NCBI GenBank assembly: GCA_032124675.1
Contig: JAQBDA010000315.1
Coordinates: forward strand, 7,800 to 71,799
Origin: Chloroflexota bacterium
GTDB taxonomy: Bacteria > Chloroflexota > Anaerolineae > Anaerolineales > UBA4823
Direction of reading: 5' to 3'
Length of the DNA: 64,000 bases
Shown piece by piece: positions 16,673 through 24,505 of the stretch (the stretch's first letter is position 1; the number at the start of each line of letters is the position of its first letter). The position numbers and the translations under genes are program-made. The notes under the pieces are model-generated. The model made no database searches, had not been told where the DNA came from, and worked only from the letters and a program-made list of their open reading frames with translations.

Positions 16673-17689
16673 TCACAAGTGAACCAATTTACCTTCCTGA
16701 GCGGAGCTCAGTGCTGCCAGCGACAGCCTCAACGCCTGGATGCCATCATCCAGCGAGCACAGCGGCTGCGCTTCTCCCCGGACCACCTGCAGGAAGTGTC
16801 TCATCTGCGATAGGAACAGCTGGTTGCGTTCGAAGCCTGCCGGGGTGGGATGTACCTCCCAGGCCGGTTCTGTTGAATCATCTGCCGCTGTCCGGGAATC
16901 CGGTGCCCGGAAGAGGCGTACCGTGCCATCAGAATTATCCCAGAGCAGGCTGCCGCGGGTCCCGGTAATCTCCAGGCGGTGGGCTGCCGGGCGCTGATTA
17001 TAATCCAGGTGCATGCTGCCCAAGGCACCATCGGCGAACTTAAGGCCGATCTCGGCGGTATCCTCCACATCCAGCGTCAGGTCGCCGCTGCTTCCGGTAA
17101 AAGCCCACACCGCCTCCACCTCTCCAACCAGCCAGCGCAGGTAATCCAGCGGGTGGGATAAGGTCAGCACCACGCCGCCACCCAGATCGCTGCGGGCGCT
17201 GTATCCCTGGCGGTAATCCTCCCAGGGGTGCCACCCGGGCAGGTATTCACCCCAATGGGCGCGCACCGATAGCACCCGCCCAATGGCACTCTCACCCAGC
17301 AGGGCAGCGATTTTTCTCAATCCCGGGTGGAAGCGGAACTGGTAGCCCACCAGCACCTGCCCGCCGCCGCGCTGCACCGCGGCTGCAAGCTCGCTGACCC
17401 GCTCCATGGAATGAGAGACCGGTTTCTCGATCAGCAGGTGGCAGCCGGCTTCGGCGGCAGGGATGGCTGCCTCCAGGTGCATGGCGGTCGGGTTCGAGAC
17501 AATGACTGCATCCGGCTTCCAGGCCAGGGCAGCCTGCGGGTCGGTCTCGACCGGGTAGCCCTCCAGCTCATCCTCAGGCAATGTGGAGCGGTGCGAGCGG
17601 TAGAGCAAGATGTTGCCCTCGCCCAGTGCAGTCAGGTTGCGCAGGTGGCGGCGTCCGATCGATCCCAGGCCGGCGATCAGGAATTTCAT
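16673..17689 (-). CDS. Gfo/Idh/MocA family oxidoreductase
   Basis: 338 aa. N-terminal Rossmann MKFLIAGLGSIGRRH and an EKP motif (LLIEKPV). Confidence 0.85.
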   Translation of the reverse strand: MKFLIAGLGSIGRRHLRNLTALGEGNILLYRSHRSTLPEDELEGYPVETDPQAALAWKPDAVIVSNPTAMHLEAAIPAAEAGCHLLIEKPVSHSMERVSELAAAVQRGGGQVLVGYQFRFHPGLRKIAALLGESAIGRVLSVRAHWGEYLPGWHPWEDYRQGYSARSDLGGGVVLTLSHPLDYLRWLVGEVEAVWAFTGSSGDLTLDVEDTAEIGLKFADGALGSMHLDYNQRPAAHRLEITGTRGSLLWDNSDGTVRLFRAPDSRTAADDSTEPAWEVHPTPAGFERNQLFLSQMRHFLQVVRGEAQPLCSLDDGIQALRLSLAALSSAQEGKLVHL

Positions 17690-17702
17690 CTCGCGCTGAC
17701 CC

Positions 17703-18755
17703 TCACCAACTCACGTCTTTCTCGTAGCCCCAGTCGACCAGGGTCTCCCCGGCTGCCTGTTTGAAGACCTGCCGGTCGTGATCGGTGAAAAGCTCCCGCC
17801 ATGTGCCGCGCTGGCCTTTGTTCAGCGAGCCGGCGATCTCGGCAGCTTTCTCCTGTTGCCAGTCGGCATCTGGATTCTGGCCCAGCTCTGCCTGCAGAGC
17901 GTCTTTCAATCCACCGTCCGAGACGTCCACACCAAGGAATGACCACAATTTGCACATCTCTTCCCAGGCGCGCGCCAGCAAGTCTTCGTAGCGTAGGTGG
18001 ATGTAGCGGTCTTCCAGGAGCTGGCGAGCGGCTCGATCTGTGTCTAGGATGTTATGGCTCCAGCCCTGGGCTGTCTGGCGCAGGCCTTTCTCGGTGAAGA
18101 TCGAGCGCTGACCGGTCAGGTAGGGGGATGGATTATCTGCAAAGCTCTGGCGGATGCGGTTGTCTTCGGGGGACAGGTGCTGCTGGCGGTCGATGAACGC
18201 CTGGAAGCGATGCGAGACAGCCGCATCACGCCCATCGCGCACGATGAAGATCAATTTTGCCTCGGGGAACACCTTGACCAGCTTGTGCACTGCATCGCCG
18301 TCCAGCAGGCTGTTCGGGCTTTTATCACCCACCACACAGCCCGGCCCGGACTTGCCCGCCGAACGGGCATCGCGCTCCATGATGAATTCCGCTGCTGCTC
18401 TCAGCACAAGCGGTGAGAGGTCACGACCCTGGTTCCAGCGGTTGCTGCGCCGGACCAGCCATGCGCCTGTGCTTTCATTGGCGACCAGCGATTCAAGCAG
18501 CGGAGGGCGGGTGAAGAAGTGCCCCTGGTAGTTGCAGTGCACCTGCGGGTGGACACGGATCAGCCGTGTGAGCAGCGTGGTCCCAGAGCGGGCATGACCG
18601 AAGATGAAGAACTTGTCCAGCGGGAAGAAGGCTTTGATCTCCTGCACTTCTTCAGGAGTGATGGGGGGTATCTCTCGGTAGTGCGTGTGTCTGACACTTC
18701 CTTTTCGAAATGCGGAAACTGCAAGTTTCAATCGCTGGATAAATGTATTAGACAT
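17703..18755 (-). CDS. sulfotransferase family protein (third, divergent copy)
   Basis: 350 aa. GHARSGTTLLTRL (5'-PSB) and VRDGRDAAVSH (3'-PB). Confidence 0.8.
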   Translation of the reverse strand: MSNTFIQRLKLAVSAFRKGSVRHTHYREIPPITPEEVQEIKAFFPLDKFFIFGHARSGTTLLTRLIRVHPQVHCNYQGHFFTRPPLLESLVANESTGAWLVRRSNRWNQGRDLSPLVLRAAAEFIMERDARSAGKSGPGCVVGDKSPNSLLDGDAVHKLVKVFPEAKLIFIVRDGRDAAVSHRFQAFIDRQQHLSPEDNRIRQSFADNPSPYLTGQRSIFTEKGLRQTAQGWSHNILDTDRAARQLLEDRYIHLRYEDLLARAWEEMCKLWSFLGVDVSDGGLKDALQAELGQNPDADWQQEKAAEIAGSLNKGQRGTWRELFTDHDRQVFKQAAGETLVDWGYEKDVSW

Positions 18756-18759
18756 TAAT

Positions 18760-18777
18760 CAACCACCAAGGCACCAA
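18760..18777. repeat. left arm of an 18-bp perfect inverted repeat bracketing the GxxExxY cassette (lies within an xCACCAAG x3 octamer array, 18763-18786)
   Basis: caaccaccaaggcaccaa at 18760-18777 is the exact reverse complement of 19194-19211. Confidence 0.9.
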
Positions 18778-18787
18778 GACACCAAGT

Positions 18788-19180
18788 TTATATAACAATT
18801 CGCTTGATACCGTTCTTAATCAATGGTACATTGAAATTGATTAAGTATCCCAGCCGTTTATTCATTAGCTTCAAATAGGTAATGAGCTGGGCGGTGTACA
18901 GGGGGTTTCCCCCTTCAACTGCCTTTAGCTCGCATACAATCAGATCTTCATCAAGTACATCAACCCGAAAACCCTGATCAAACCGTAACCCGTCATAGAG
19001 AATTGGAATAGCGGCCTGTTTCTGGAACGATAGATCGTGTTTATGAAGTTCATGACAAAAACAGATTTCGTAGATGCTTTCGAGGAGTCCCGGTCCAAGA
19101 TTGTGATGCACAGCGAAGGCAGCATCCACAATCTGTTTCCCAATCCGATCTTCTTCTAAAGAAACCTTAGCAAAACTCAT
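18788..19180 (-). CDS. GxxExxY protein (PD-(D/E)xK-like small protein family)
   Basis: 130 aa. Eponymous GLLESIY motif, DVLDEDLIVCELKA core and a C-terminal GYLINFN...GIKRIV tail. Visibly lower GC than its neighbours. Confidence 0.85.
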   Translation of the reverse strand: MSFAKVSLEEDRIGKQIVDAAFAVHHNLGPGLLESIYEICFCHELHKHDLSFQKQAAIPILYDGLRFDQGFRVDVLDEDLIVCELKAVEGGNPLYTAQLITYLKLMNKRLGYLINFNVPLIKNGIKRIVI

Positions 19181-19193
19181 AAATCTCGGTGAT

Positions 19194-19211
19194 TTGGTGC
19201 CTTGGTGGTTG
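19194..19211. repeat. right arm of the 18-bp perfect inverted repeat bracketing the GxxExxY cassette
   Basis: ttggtgccttggtggttg at 19194-19211. Lies 3 nt from the stop codon (19215-19217) of the upstream cluster gene. Confidence 0.9.
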
Positions 19212-19214
19212 GAA

Positions 19215-20642
19215 TCATTCCGTTAAGCTGAGTAACGAGAGGAAAAATTCAGCCGTGCGCTTGCCGGAGCTGCCATCGGTGTAAGTACATTCCCGCTCCA
19301 GGAAGCGGCGCTGAGCGTCCAGGTCGGTTTGAGGGTTTTGCAGATACTCGTTGATCGCATCACATAATTGACTCTCATCCAGCGCCACTTTGCCGGCACC
19401 AGACGTGCGGAAACGGGAATGGGTGGGCCAGACCCCGATCTGCGACATCGGCACCCAGTACTTCCCCGGGTAGCCCTGCTGCGAATCGATGCACACGCTG
19501 ACCGTGGGTCGCCCCTGGAAAGCCGCTTCTACACACATTGTCGAATAAACGGTCAGGAAAATATCCGAATGCGCCATCATCGAAGTGCGTTCGGTCACAT
19601 CCTCGCCGGAATAATGCCCCAACGATCCCAGCGGCACCGGCTCGATGACATGGATATGAGCGTTTTCCTCTGCCAGCTGGCGGATGCGGTCGGCCTCAGC
19701 CACATAATGCCCGCTCATATGGATCGGGTGCAGGCGCACCAGGAGCTGCGCTGGAGCCGACAGCCTGCCGGAGACCACCAGGCTCGCCAGCGCCTCCACA
19801 TTTTGAATGTTGGGCGACCAGCTGACGAAGCTGCTGGCGTAGGACAGCAGAACGCGGTCGGGGTCCAGCCCGTGCTGGCGGAAATAATCCTGCCGCGGCA
19901 GAACCCACTCATCGCGCACGTAGTTATCGTAGGGCGGCATGCCGCCAACATTGACGCCCTCCGGGAGCCAATCGGCGCCGCCCACCAGCTCCTGCTTCTG
20001 GATCTCCGACCAGCAAGTGATCCAGTCCACCTTTGCGCCGGGTAAGCCGTAGCTGCTGGAGCTGTCCCAGCTGATGATGGCGGCCGCGGTCTGTATCCCC
20101 CGGGCAGCCGCCTGGCGCAAGATGAAGCGGTCCTGGCGGAAGCCCGGCGAACCGGCGATCACCAGAGCCGGGCGGTACTTATCGAATAGGTCGGCGTAGA
20201 TATCTGGCGTGAAGCGAGACTGATATGCCTGCAGAGCGCGGCGCAGCGTGTAGGAGCGGCGTATCAGGCGTGCAGCGGCTTCCATCAGAGGGAAGAGCTG
20301 GCGGCGGCGAGCATGGGCTTCACTCTTCACCTGCTGGATATAGCTGTCGACCACCGCCAGGTTGATCCTGCCGGCCGCACCGGCGCGGCGCAAGAAATCC
20401 AGCCACCACTGCACGGTTGGTGAAACCGTTTTGGTGTACTCCTGCACCTGGTCCAGGCGCAGGCCTTCGATAGTCAGCCCGGGTCGTCCAAAGCGAGCGG
20501 CGATCGCCTCTTTGGTATTATCTTCGGTAAATAAAATGACCTCAAATCCGGCATCCAGCAGGTGGGCGACGATATCGCTCTGCAGGAAGTAGAAGGCTGC
20601 CAGCCCGTGGTCAGCGACGATGAATACGCGTTGCGGGGACAT
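19215..20642 (-). CDS. GT-B-like HP-motif transferase (distant Capsule_synth/TagF-like); function uncertain
   Basis: 475 aa. LVRLHPIH followed by SDIFLTVYSTMCVEAAFQGRPTV. N-terminal Rossmann-like VFIVADHG. Architecture parallels 7382-9058 and 33399-35015, but similarity is weak. Confidence 0.45.
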   Translation of the reverse strand: MSPQRVFIVADHGLAAFYFLQSDIVAHLLDAGFEVILFTEDNTKEAIAARFGRPGLTIEGLRLDQVQEYTKTVSPTVQWWLDFLRRAGAAGRINLAVVDSYIQQVKSEAHARRRQLFPLMEAAARLIRRSYTLRRALQAYQSRFTPDIYADLFDKYRPALVIAGSPGFRQDRFILRQAAARGIQTAAAIISWDSSSSYGLPGAKVDWITCWSEIQKQELVGGADWLPEGVNVGGMPPYDNYVRDEWVLPRQDYFRQHGLDPDRVLLSYASSFVSWSPNIQNVEALASLVVSGRLSAPAQLLVRLHPIHMSGHYVAEADRIRQLAEENAHIHVIEPVPLGSLGHYSGEDVTERTSMMAHSDIFLTVYSTMCVEAAFQGRPTVSVCIDSQQGYPGKYWVPMSQIGVWPTHSRFRTSGAGKVALDESQLCDAINEYLQNPQTDLDAQRRFLERECTYTDGSSGKRTAEFFLSLLSLTE

Positions 20643-20717
20643 GTTCAGGACACGGATTTAACAGATATAGCGGATTCTTTAGACAATACGATCAGGCAAC
20701 CCATGAGGGCAAGCATG

Positions 20718-21572
20718 TCAGCCAGCTTTGCGGTACACCATATGGTAGCCGGTGGGGGATTGACTGCGGGCATCTCCCGGAGGGTGGGTTTCCCCAGGGC
20801 CGAGCAGGCTGCGCAGACCACTGGCACTCACTTGCAGCGCCCAAGCGAGGGCACGCCCGGTGTAGTGGCGCACCCCGTGCATTTCCGGCAGCACGGCGTT
20901 CTTCAGGTTGCCGATGCCTTCCCCCAGCAGCGAGACCGGATCATAGTAGCCTTCCAGGTGGGAGACCTCCAGACCGTGCTCCGGAGCGAAACGTACTAGA
21001 GCATAGTGAGTATAGCGGGCGAAGTCGACCGGCACCTGGTGCATCTTGACCAGGAATGGGATGGCGACGATCAATCTGCCGCCGGGCTTCAGCATCTCCA
21101 CCAGCGAAGCCAGCAATGCGTGCGTGTCGTAGACGTGCTCGAGCACGTTCATCAGCAGGATGGCATCCAGGCTTGCCTCACGGAAAGGGTTCGCCTGGGT
21201 CAGGTCGCAGACGATATCCACCTCAGGATAGGGGCAGATATCCAGCGCCAGGTAGTTGCTGTGATCGGTGAACAGATCGGCGAAATCGCCCCGTCCGGCG
21301 CCCACGTCCAGGATGGCTGCCTGGGGATCGAGCGCCCCGACCTGCTCTGCCAGGAAGCGCCAGTTGGCCTGCCGCCAGGGAGTGCCGACGTTTGGACCGC
21401 GCAATAGTTTTTCAGATGGGCGCAGCTCGTCGGGCGGCGCGGTGAACAGCGGGATGCCGTCCTGCAAGAGGATCTCCCGCCCGCAGGTCTGACAGGTCAG
21501 CTCCTGAGCTCCTGCGACCAGCGAGCCGTGACAGCGGTCGCATGTGAGCACTTCCAGCAGGGCGGGTTTCAT
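20718..21572 (-). CDS. class I SAM-dependent methyltransferase with N-terminal Trm112-like zinc ribbon
   Basis: 284 aa. CDRCHGSL...CQTCGREILLQDGIPLF zinc ribbon, then motif I ILDVGAGRGDF. Confidence 0.8.
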   Translation of the reverse strand: MKPALLEVLTCDRCHGSLVAGAQELTCQTCGREILLQDGIPLFTAPPDELRPSEKLLRGPNVGTPWRQANWRFLAEQVGALDPQAAILDVGAGRGDFADLFTDHSNYLALDICPYPEVDIVCDLTQANPFREASLDAILLMNVLEHVYDTHALLASLVEMLKPGGRLIVAIPFLVKMHQVPVDFARYTHYALVRFAPEHGLEVSHLEGYYDPVSLLGEGIGNLKNAVLPEMHGVRHYTGRALAWALQVSASGLRSLLGPGETHPPGDARSQSPTGYHMVYRKAG

Positions 21573-22597
21573 TTCTCCATAGCCTCGCTGTACAGTGCAC
21601 GGAACAGCAGGTTATAGAGGCGCAGGAAGAGCCGGTTGAAGCGCGGGTGCTTCGCCAGCCAGGTCAGGGCGCGCTGTAAGGTGGAGGGCTTCGCGCTTGC
21701 ACGCTCTGGTATGGGCGCAGCCGGGCTCAGGCTTCCGGTGATGCGACCCACTTCTTCCCGCAGCCGCTCATTGACCGTATTGCCCATGTGGAATACATAC
21801 GAATCTGGCGTGGAGAGGTGCAGGTAGCCCAGTTCGTCGATCTTGTAATCGATCGACATGGTCTCCTTGCGCAGCAGCCCTTTGGTGGAGGGCAGCGGCA
21901 CGACCTGACGTGCCACCTCCCGGGGGATCAGGAACTGCATGTGCGAGGCGCCGGTGACCGCCTGGACGCCAGACTCGCGCTCGGTGATGGCGGGCAGTGG
22001 TGTGTTATAGAACTGCGCAGCAAGCTCTTCACTGGCACCAATACCGAAGCAGTACTCGTCGATCGTGTCTATTTTGGGCCAGTAATCGCCGAATTTGTAG
22101 GAGTGGTCTCCCTGCAGCGCCAGGTGGGCTTTACCTTCACCAGCCATGACATCATAGAAGTTGGGCTGGGCACCGATCATGCCTGCCATCGGGAATGCCT
22201 GCAGCACCTGCAGGCTGGCGTCCAGCCAGCCCGGGCGGAAGAGTACATCCGAATCGGTGTAGCAAATTAGCTGGTTGGGCATACTGCTGAATATCCAGTT
22301 CCACGCGCCGGCTTTGCCCATGTTGTGGGCAGACAGGATCAGCCAGTCGATCTTGCGTTGGTCGTACAGTTCTTTCAGTGCAGATACAGCCCGCGGGCAG
22401 CTGCCGTTATCGAAGACCAGCAGGTCGAACGGCTCACCGGTCGCCGCTCGCAGGCTGTCGAGCTGGTATTCGAGGATCTCAAGCGAGTTCTCGAAATACC
22501 CCTCGGTAAAGGGGATGTATACGATCAGCGCTACCCCCAGCCGGTGGGGGGTATAAGCCGGCAGTCCGTCCTTGGCGGGGTTCTTTCCAGTCCTCAT
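21569..22597 (-). CDS. glycosyltransferase family 2
   Basis: 342 aa. LLVFDNGSCPRAV and YTDSDVLFRPGW (DxD). Tandem paralog of 22594-23535. Confidence 0.8.
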   Translation of the reverse strand: MRTGKNPAKDGLPAYTPHRLGVALIVYIPFTEGYFENSLEILEYQLDSLRAATGEPFDLLVFDNGSCPRAVSALKELYDQRKIDWLILSAHNMGKAGAWNWIFSSMPNQLICYTDSDVLFRPGWLDASLQVLQAFPMAGMIGAQPNFYDVMAGEGKAHLALQGDHSYKFGDYWPKIDTIDEYCFGIGASEELAAQFYNTPLPAITERESGVQAVTGASHMQFLIPREVARQVVPLPSTKGLLRKETMSIDYKIDELGYLHLSTPDSYVFHMGNTVNERLREEVGRITGSLSPAAPIPERASAKPSTLQRALTWLAKHPRFNRLFLRLYNLLFRALYSEAMEK

Positions 22598-23535
22598 TGG
22601 TTATAAAGCCTGAATATAGCGTCGTAAAGGCGGAGCAGTGGCTTGCGAATAAAAGGTACATCCGCCAGACGGTTGGCTCGCGATGAAACCGATGCGGCTC
22701 TGGTGACCGTGTCATCCGGCACCTGGTTGCCCATGTGGGTGACCAGCGGTTCGCATGTGGTCAGACGCAAGAATCTGGCCTGGTTGATCTGCTCGTCCAG
22801 CGACCGCACCTGACCCATCGGCCGGTCCATCTTGAATGGAAGGAACTGCCCCAGGTTGGCTTTACGGGCGGTGAACTGAAAGTGGGCCGCGCCGACCAGC
22901 GCCTGGACACCTAGGCGGGTCAAACGCCAATCCGACCGCGACTCGTACCATTCACGCGCCTGCTCCGCTGATGTGCCCAAACTGAGTACATGCTGCAGAT
23001 ACGTTTCCCAGGGAATGTACTGCCCGTTCTCCAGGGAAGCATCCGGCTGGCTGCGCGCCCATTCCAGCGTGGCAGTGTAGAATGCCTCAGGTGTGCGCAT
23101 GGGGCGGGCGGTGACCATGCCTGCCTCAGGGTAGGCCTCCAGTACCGCCAGGCTGTCGGTGAGCCAGCCAGGATAGAAGCGCACGTCGCTGTCAGTGTAG
23201 GCGATATACTCGCCCGGGGCAGCCTGAAAAATAAAATTCCAGGCCCCGCCCTTGCCGACGTTCTTGTCTGACAGCACCAGATACTGGATGCGCTCCTGCC
23301 GCTGCAGTTCGTTCAGGTAGTCTCGGACCTCAGGGCAGCTGGCGTTGTCGAACACCAACAAATCATATGCCTCGCCGGTGTTCTCCCAGATGCTCTCCAG
23401 GCAGACCTTCAGCACGTCCAGACTTTGGGCGTAGTATCCGCTCAGGAAGGGGATATAGGTGACAACAGCTACGGTAACATCGGCAGGCCGGGGCACCGAG
23501 TCGATGGATTTAGCCGGGTTTTGTCCGACGCGCAT
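22594..23535 (-). CDS. glycosyltransferase family 2
   Basis: 313 aa. LLVFDNASCPEV and YTDSDVRFYPGW. ATGA overlap with its paralog. Confidence 0.8.
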   Translation of the reverse strand: MRVGQNPAKSIDSVPRPADVTVAVVTYIPFLSGYYAQSLDVLKVCLESIWENTGEAYDLLVFDNASCPEVRDYLNELQRQERIQYLVLSDKNVGKGGAWNFIFQAAPGEYIAYTDSDVRFYPGWLTDSLAVLEAYPEAGMVTARPMRTPEAFYTATLEWARSQPDASLENGQYIPWETYLQHVLSLGTSAEQAREWYESRSDWRLTRLGVQALVGAAHFQFTARKANLGQFLPFKMDRPMGQVRSLDEQINQARFLRLTTCEPLVTHMGNQVPDDTVTRAASVSSRANRLADVPFIRKPLLRLYDAIFRLYNQ

Positions 23536-23541
23536 ATCGGC

Positions 23542-24447
23542 CTACTGTAGGGATCCGGTCAGCCGGCGGCGTGCCCGGCGAGCAAGGCGAGCCAACGACC
23601 AGCGCATACCGCGGCGCTGCCCATCCGGCGGGGTCAGGCGGGTCTCGATATAGCGCAGGGTGCGCATCCAGGACAACCTTGGAGAGCGCGCTTTACCGTT
23701 GACCAGCTGCTTATCGCTGTCCAATACCATATACAGGTTGGCGGCTCCCCCCGCCAGAGCCTCGTTCTGCTGCGATTCAGGCAGCTCATAATGCGGCTTG
23801 CCACCCGGGAGATGGCTGTAATCGTGGTCCTGGTGGATGGCAATGATGGAGGGCGTGCCATCCACCACGGTATAGCCTTGCTGGCGGGCGTGGTAGATCA
23901 TCCAGTTGTCCCATCCGGCGCGGCCGATGGCGAAATCAGGCATCCTGTTGAACAATGCACGCGGGAAGACGAAGTAATCACTGCCGGCGGGCAGGTGCAG
24001 CCGGCCGCGGCTGTGGACGTCGGCCAGCAAGTGCTGGTCCCAGCCGCTTGAGAATCCCAGTACACGGCGTACGTCAAGGTCCCAGCGCTGACCGATGAGC
24101 AAGAAATGTTCCAATTGCTGTGATACTTGATGTACCGACTCTACGAAGGCCGGAAGCAGCATAACATCGGCGTTGATATAGGTAAACAAATTCGCCTGGC
24201 TGGTCTGGTGTGCCAGGTCGAAGATCGAGCTGACCAGCGGGGTGCCGGCCTCATTGCGCCGCACATCTGTAAGCTGCGGAACCCTATATTCTGCGGCGAT
24301 TGCTGCCATGCCCGGCTCATCACCCACCAGTAGCACGTTTACCTCCTCGCCCAGGTGCAGCCAGGAAAGGATGGCGTTACGCTGGATGGTATCGATATGT
24401 GGATCGGTGAAGGCCTTGGGGGCGGTGAAGATAGTGATCTCAGGCAT
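23542..24447 (-). CDS. putative GT-A-fold nucleotide-sugar transferase (uncharacterised family)
   Basis: 301 aa. N-terminal ITIFTAPKAFTDPHIDTIQRNAILSW pattern recalled from uncharacterised glycosyltransferase-like proteins in polysaccharide loci. YINADVML may be the DxD equivalent. Confidence 0.45.
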   Translation of the reverse strand: MPEITIFTAPKAFTDPHIDTIQRNAILSWLHLGEEVNVLLVGDEPGMAAIAAEYRVPQLTDVRRNEAGTPLVSSIFDLAHQTSQANLFTYINADVMLLPAFVESVHQVSQQLEHFLLIGQRWDLDVRRVLGFSSGWDQHLLADVHSRGRLHLPAGSDYFVFPRALFNRMPDFAIGRAGWDNWMIYHARQQGYTVVDGTPSIIAIHQDHDYSHLPGGKPHYELPESQQNEALAGGAANLYMVLDSDKQLVNGKARSPRLSWMRTLRYIETRLTPPDGQRRGMRWSLARLARRARRRLTGSLQ

Positions 24448-24452
24448 GGGAA

Positions 24453-24505
24453 TAAGGAGTTAGGAGTTAGGAGCTGCGAATCAGGAATTGCGAGTCAGGA
24501 ATTAG
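24453..24505. repeat. heptamer-periodic tandem array (TAAGGAG TTAGGAG TTAGGAG CTGCGAA TCAGGAA TTGCGAG TCAGGAA TTAG)
   Basis: Read directly. It fills the whole 24448-24494 intergenic gap and runs into the 3' end of the upstream CDS. Confidence 0.85.

Noticed and set aside
24453-24505. Possible CRISPR-like or minisatellite array (also 28946-28982 and 18763-18786)
   Set aside because: The units are only 7-8 nt with no spacers and no cas genes. They are reported as short periodic repeats, not CRISPR.
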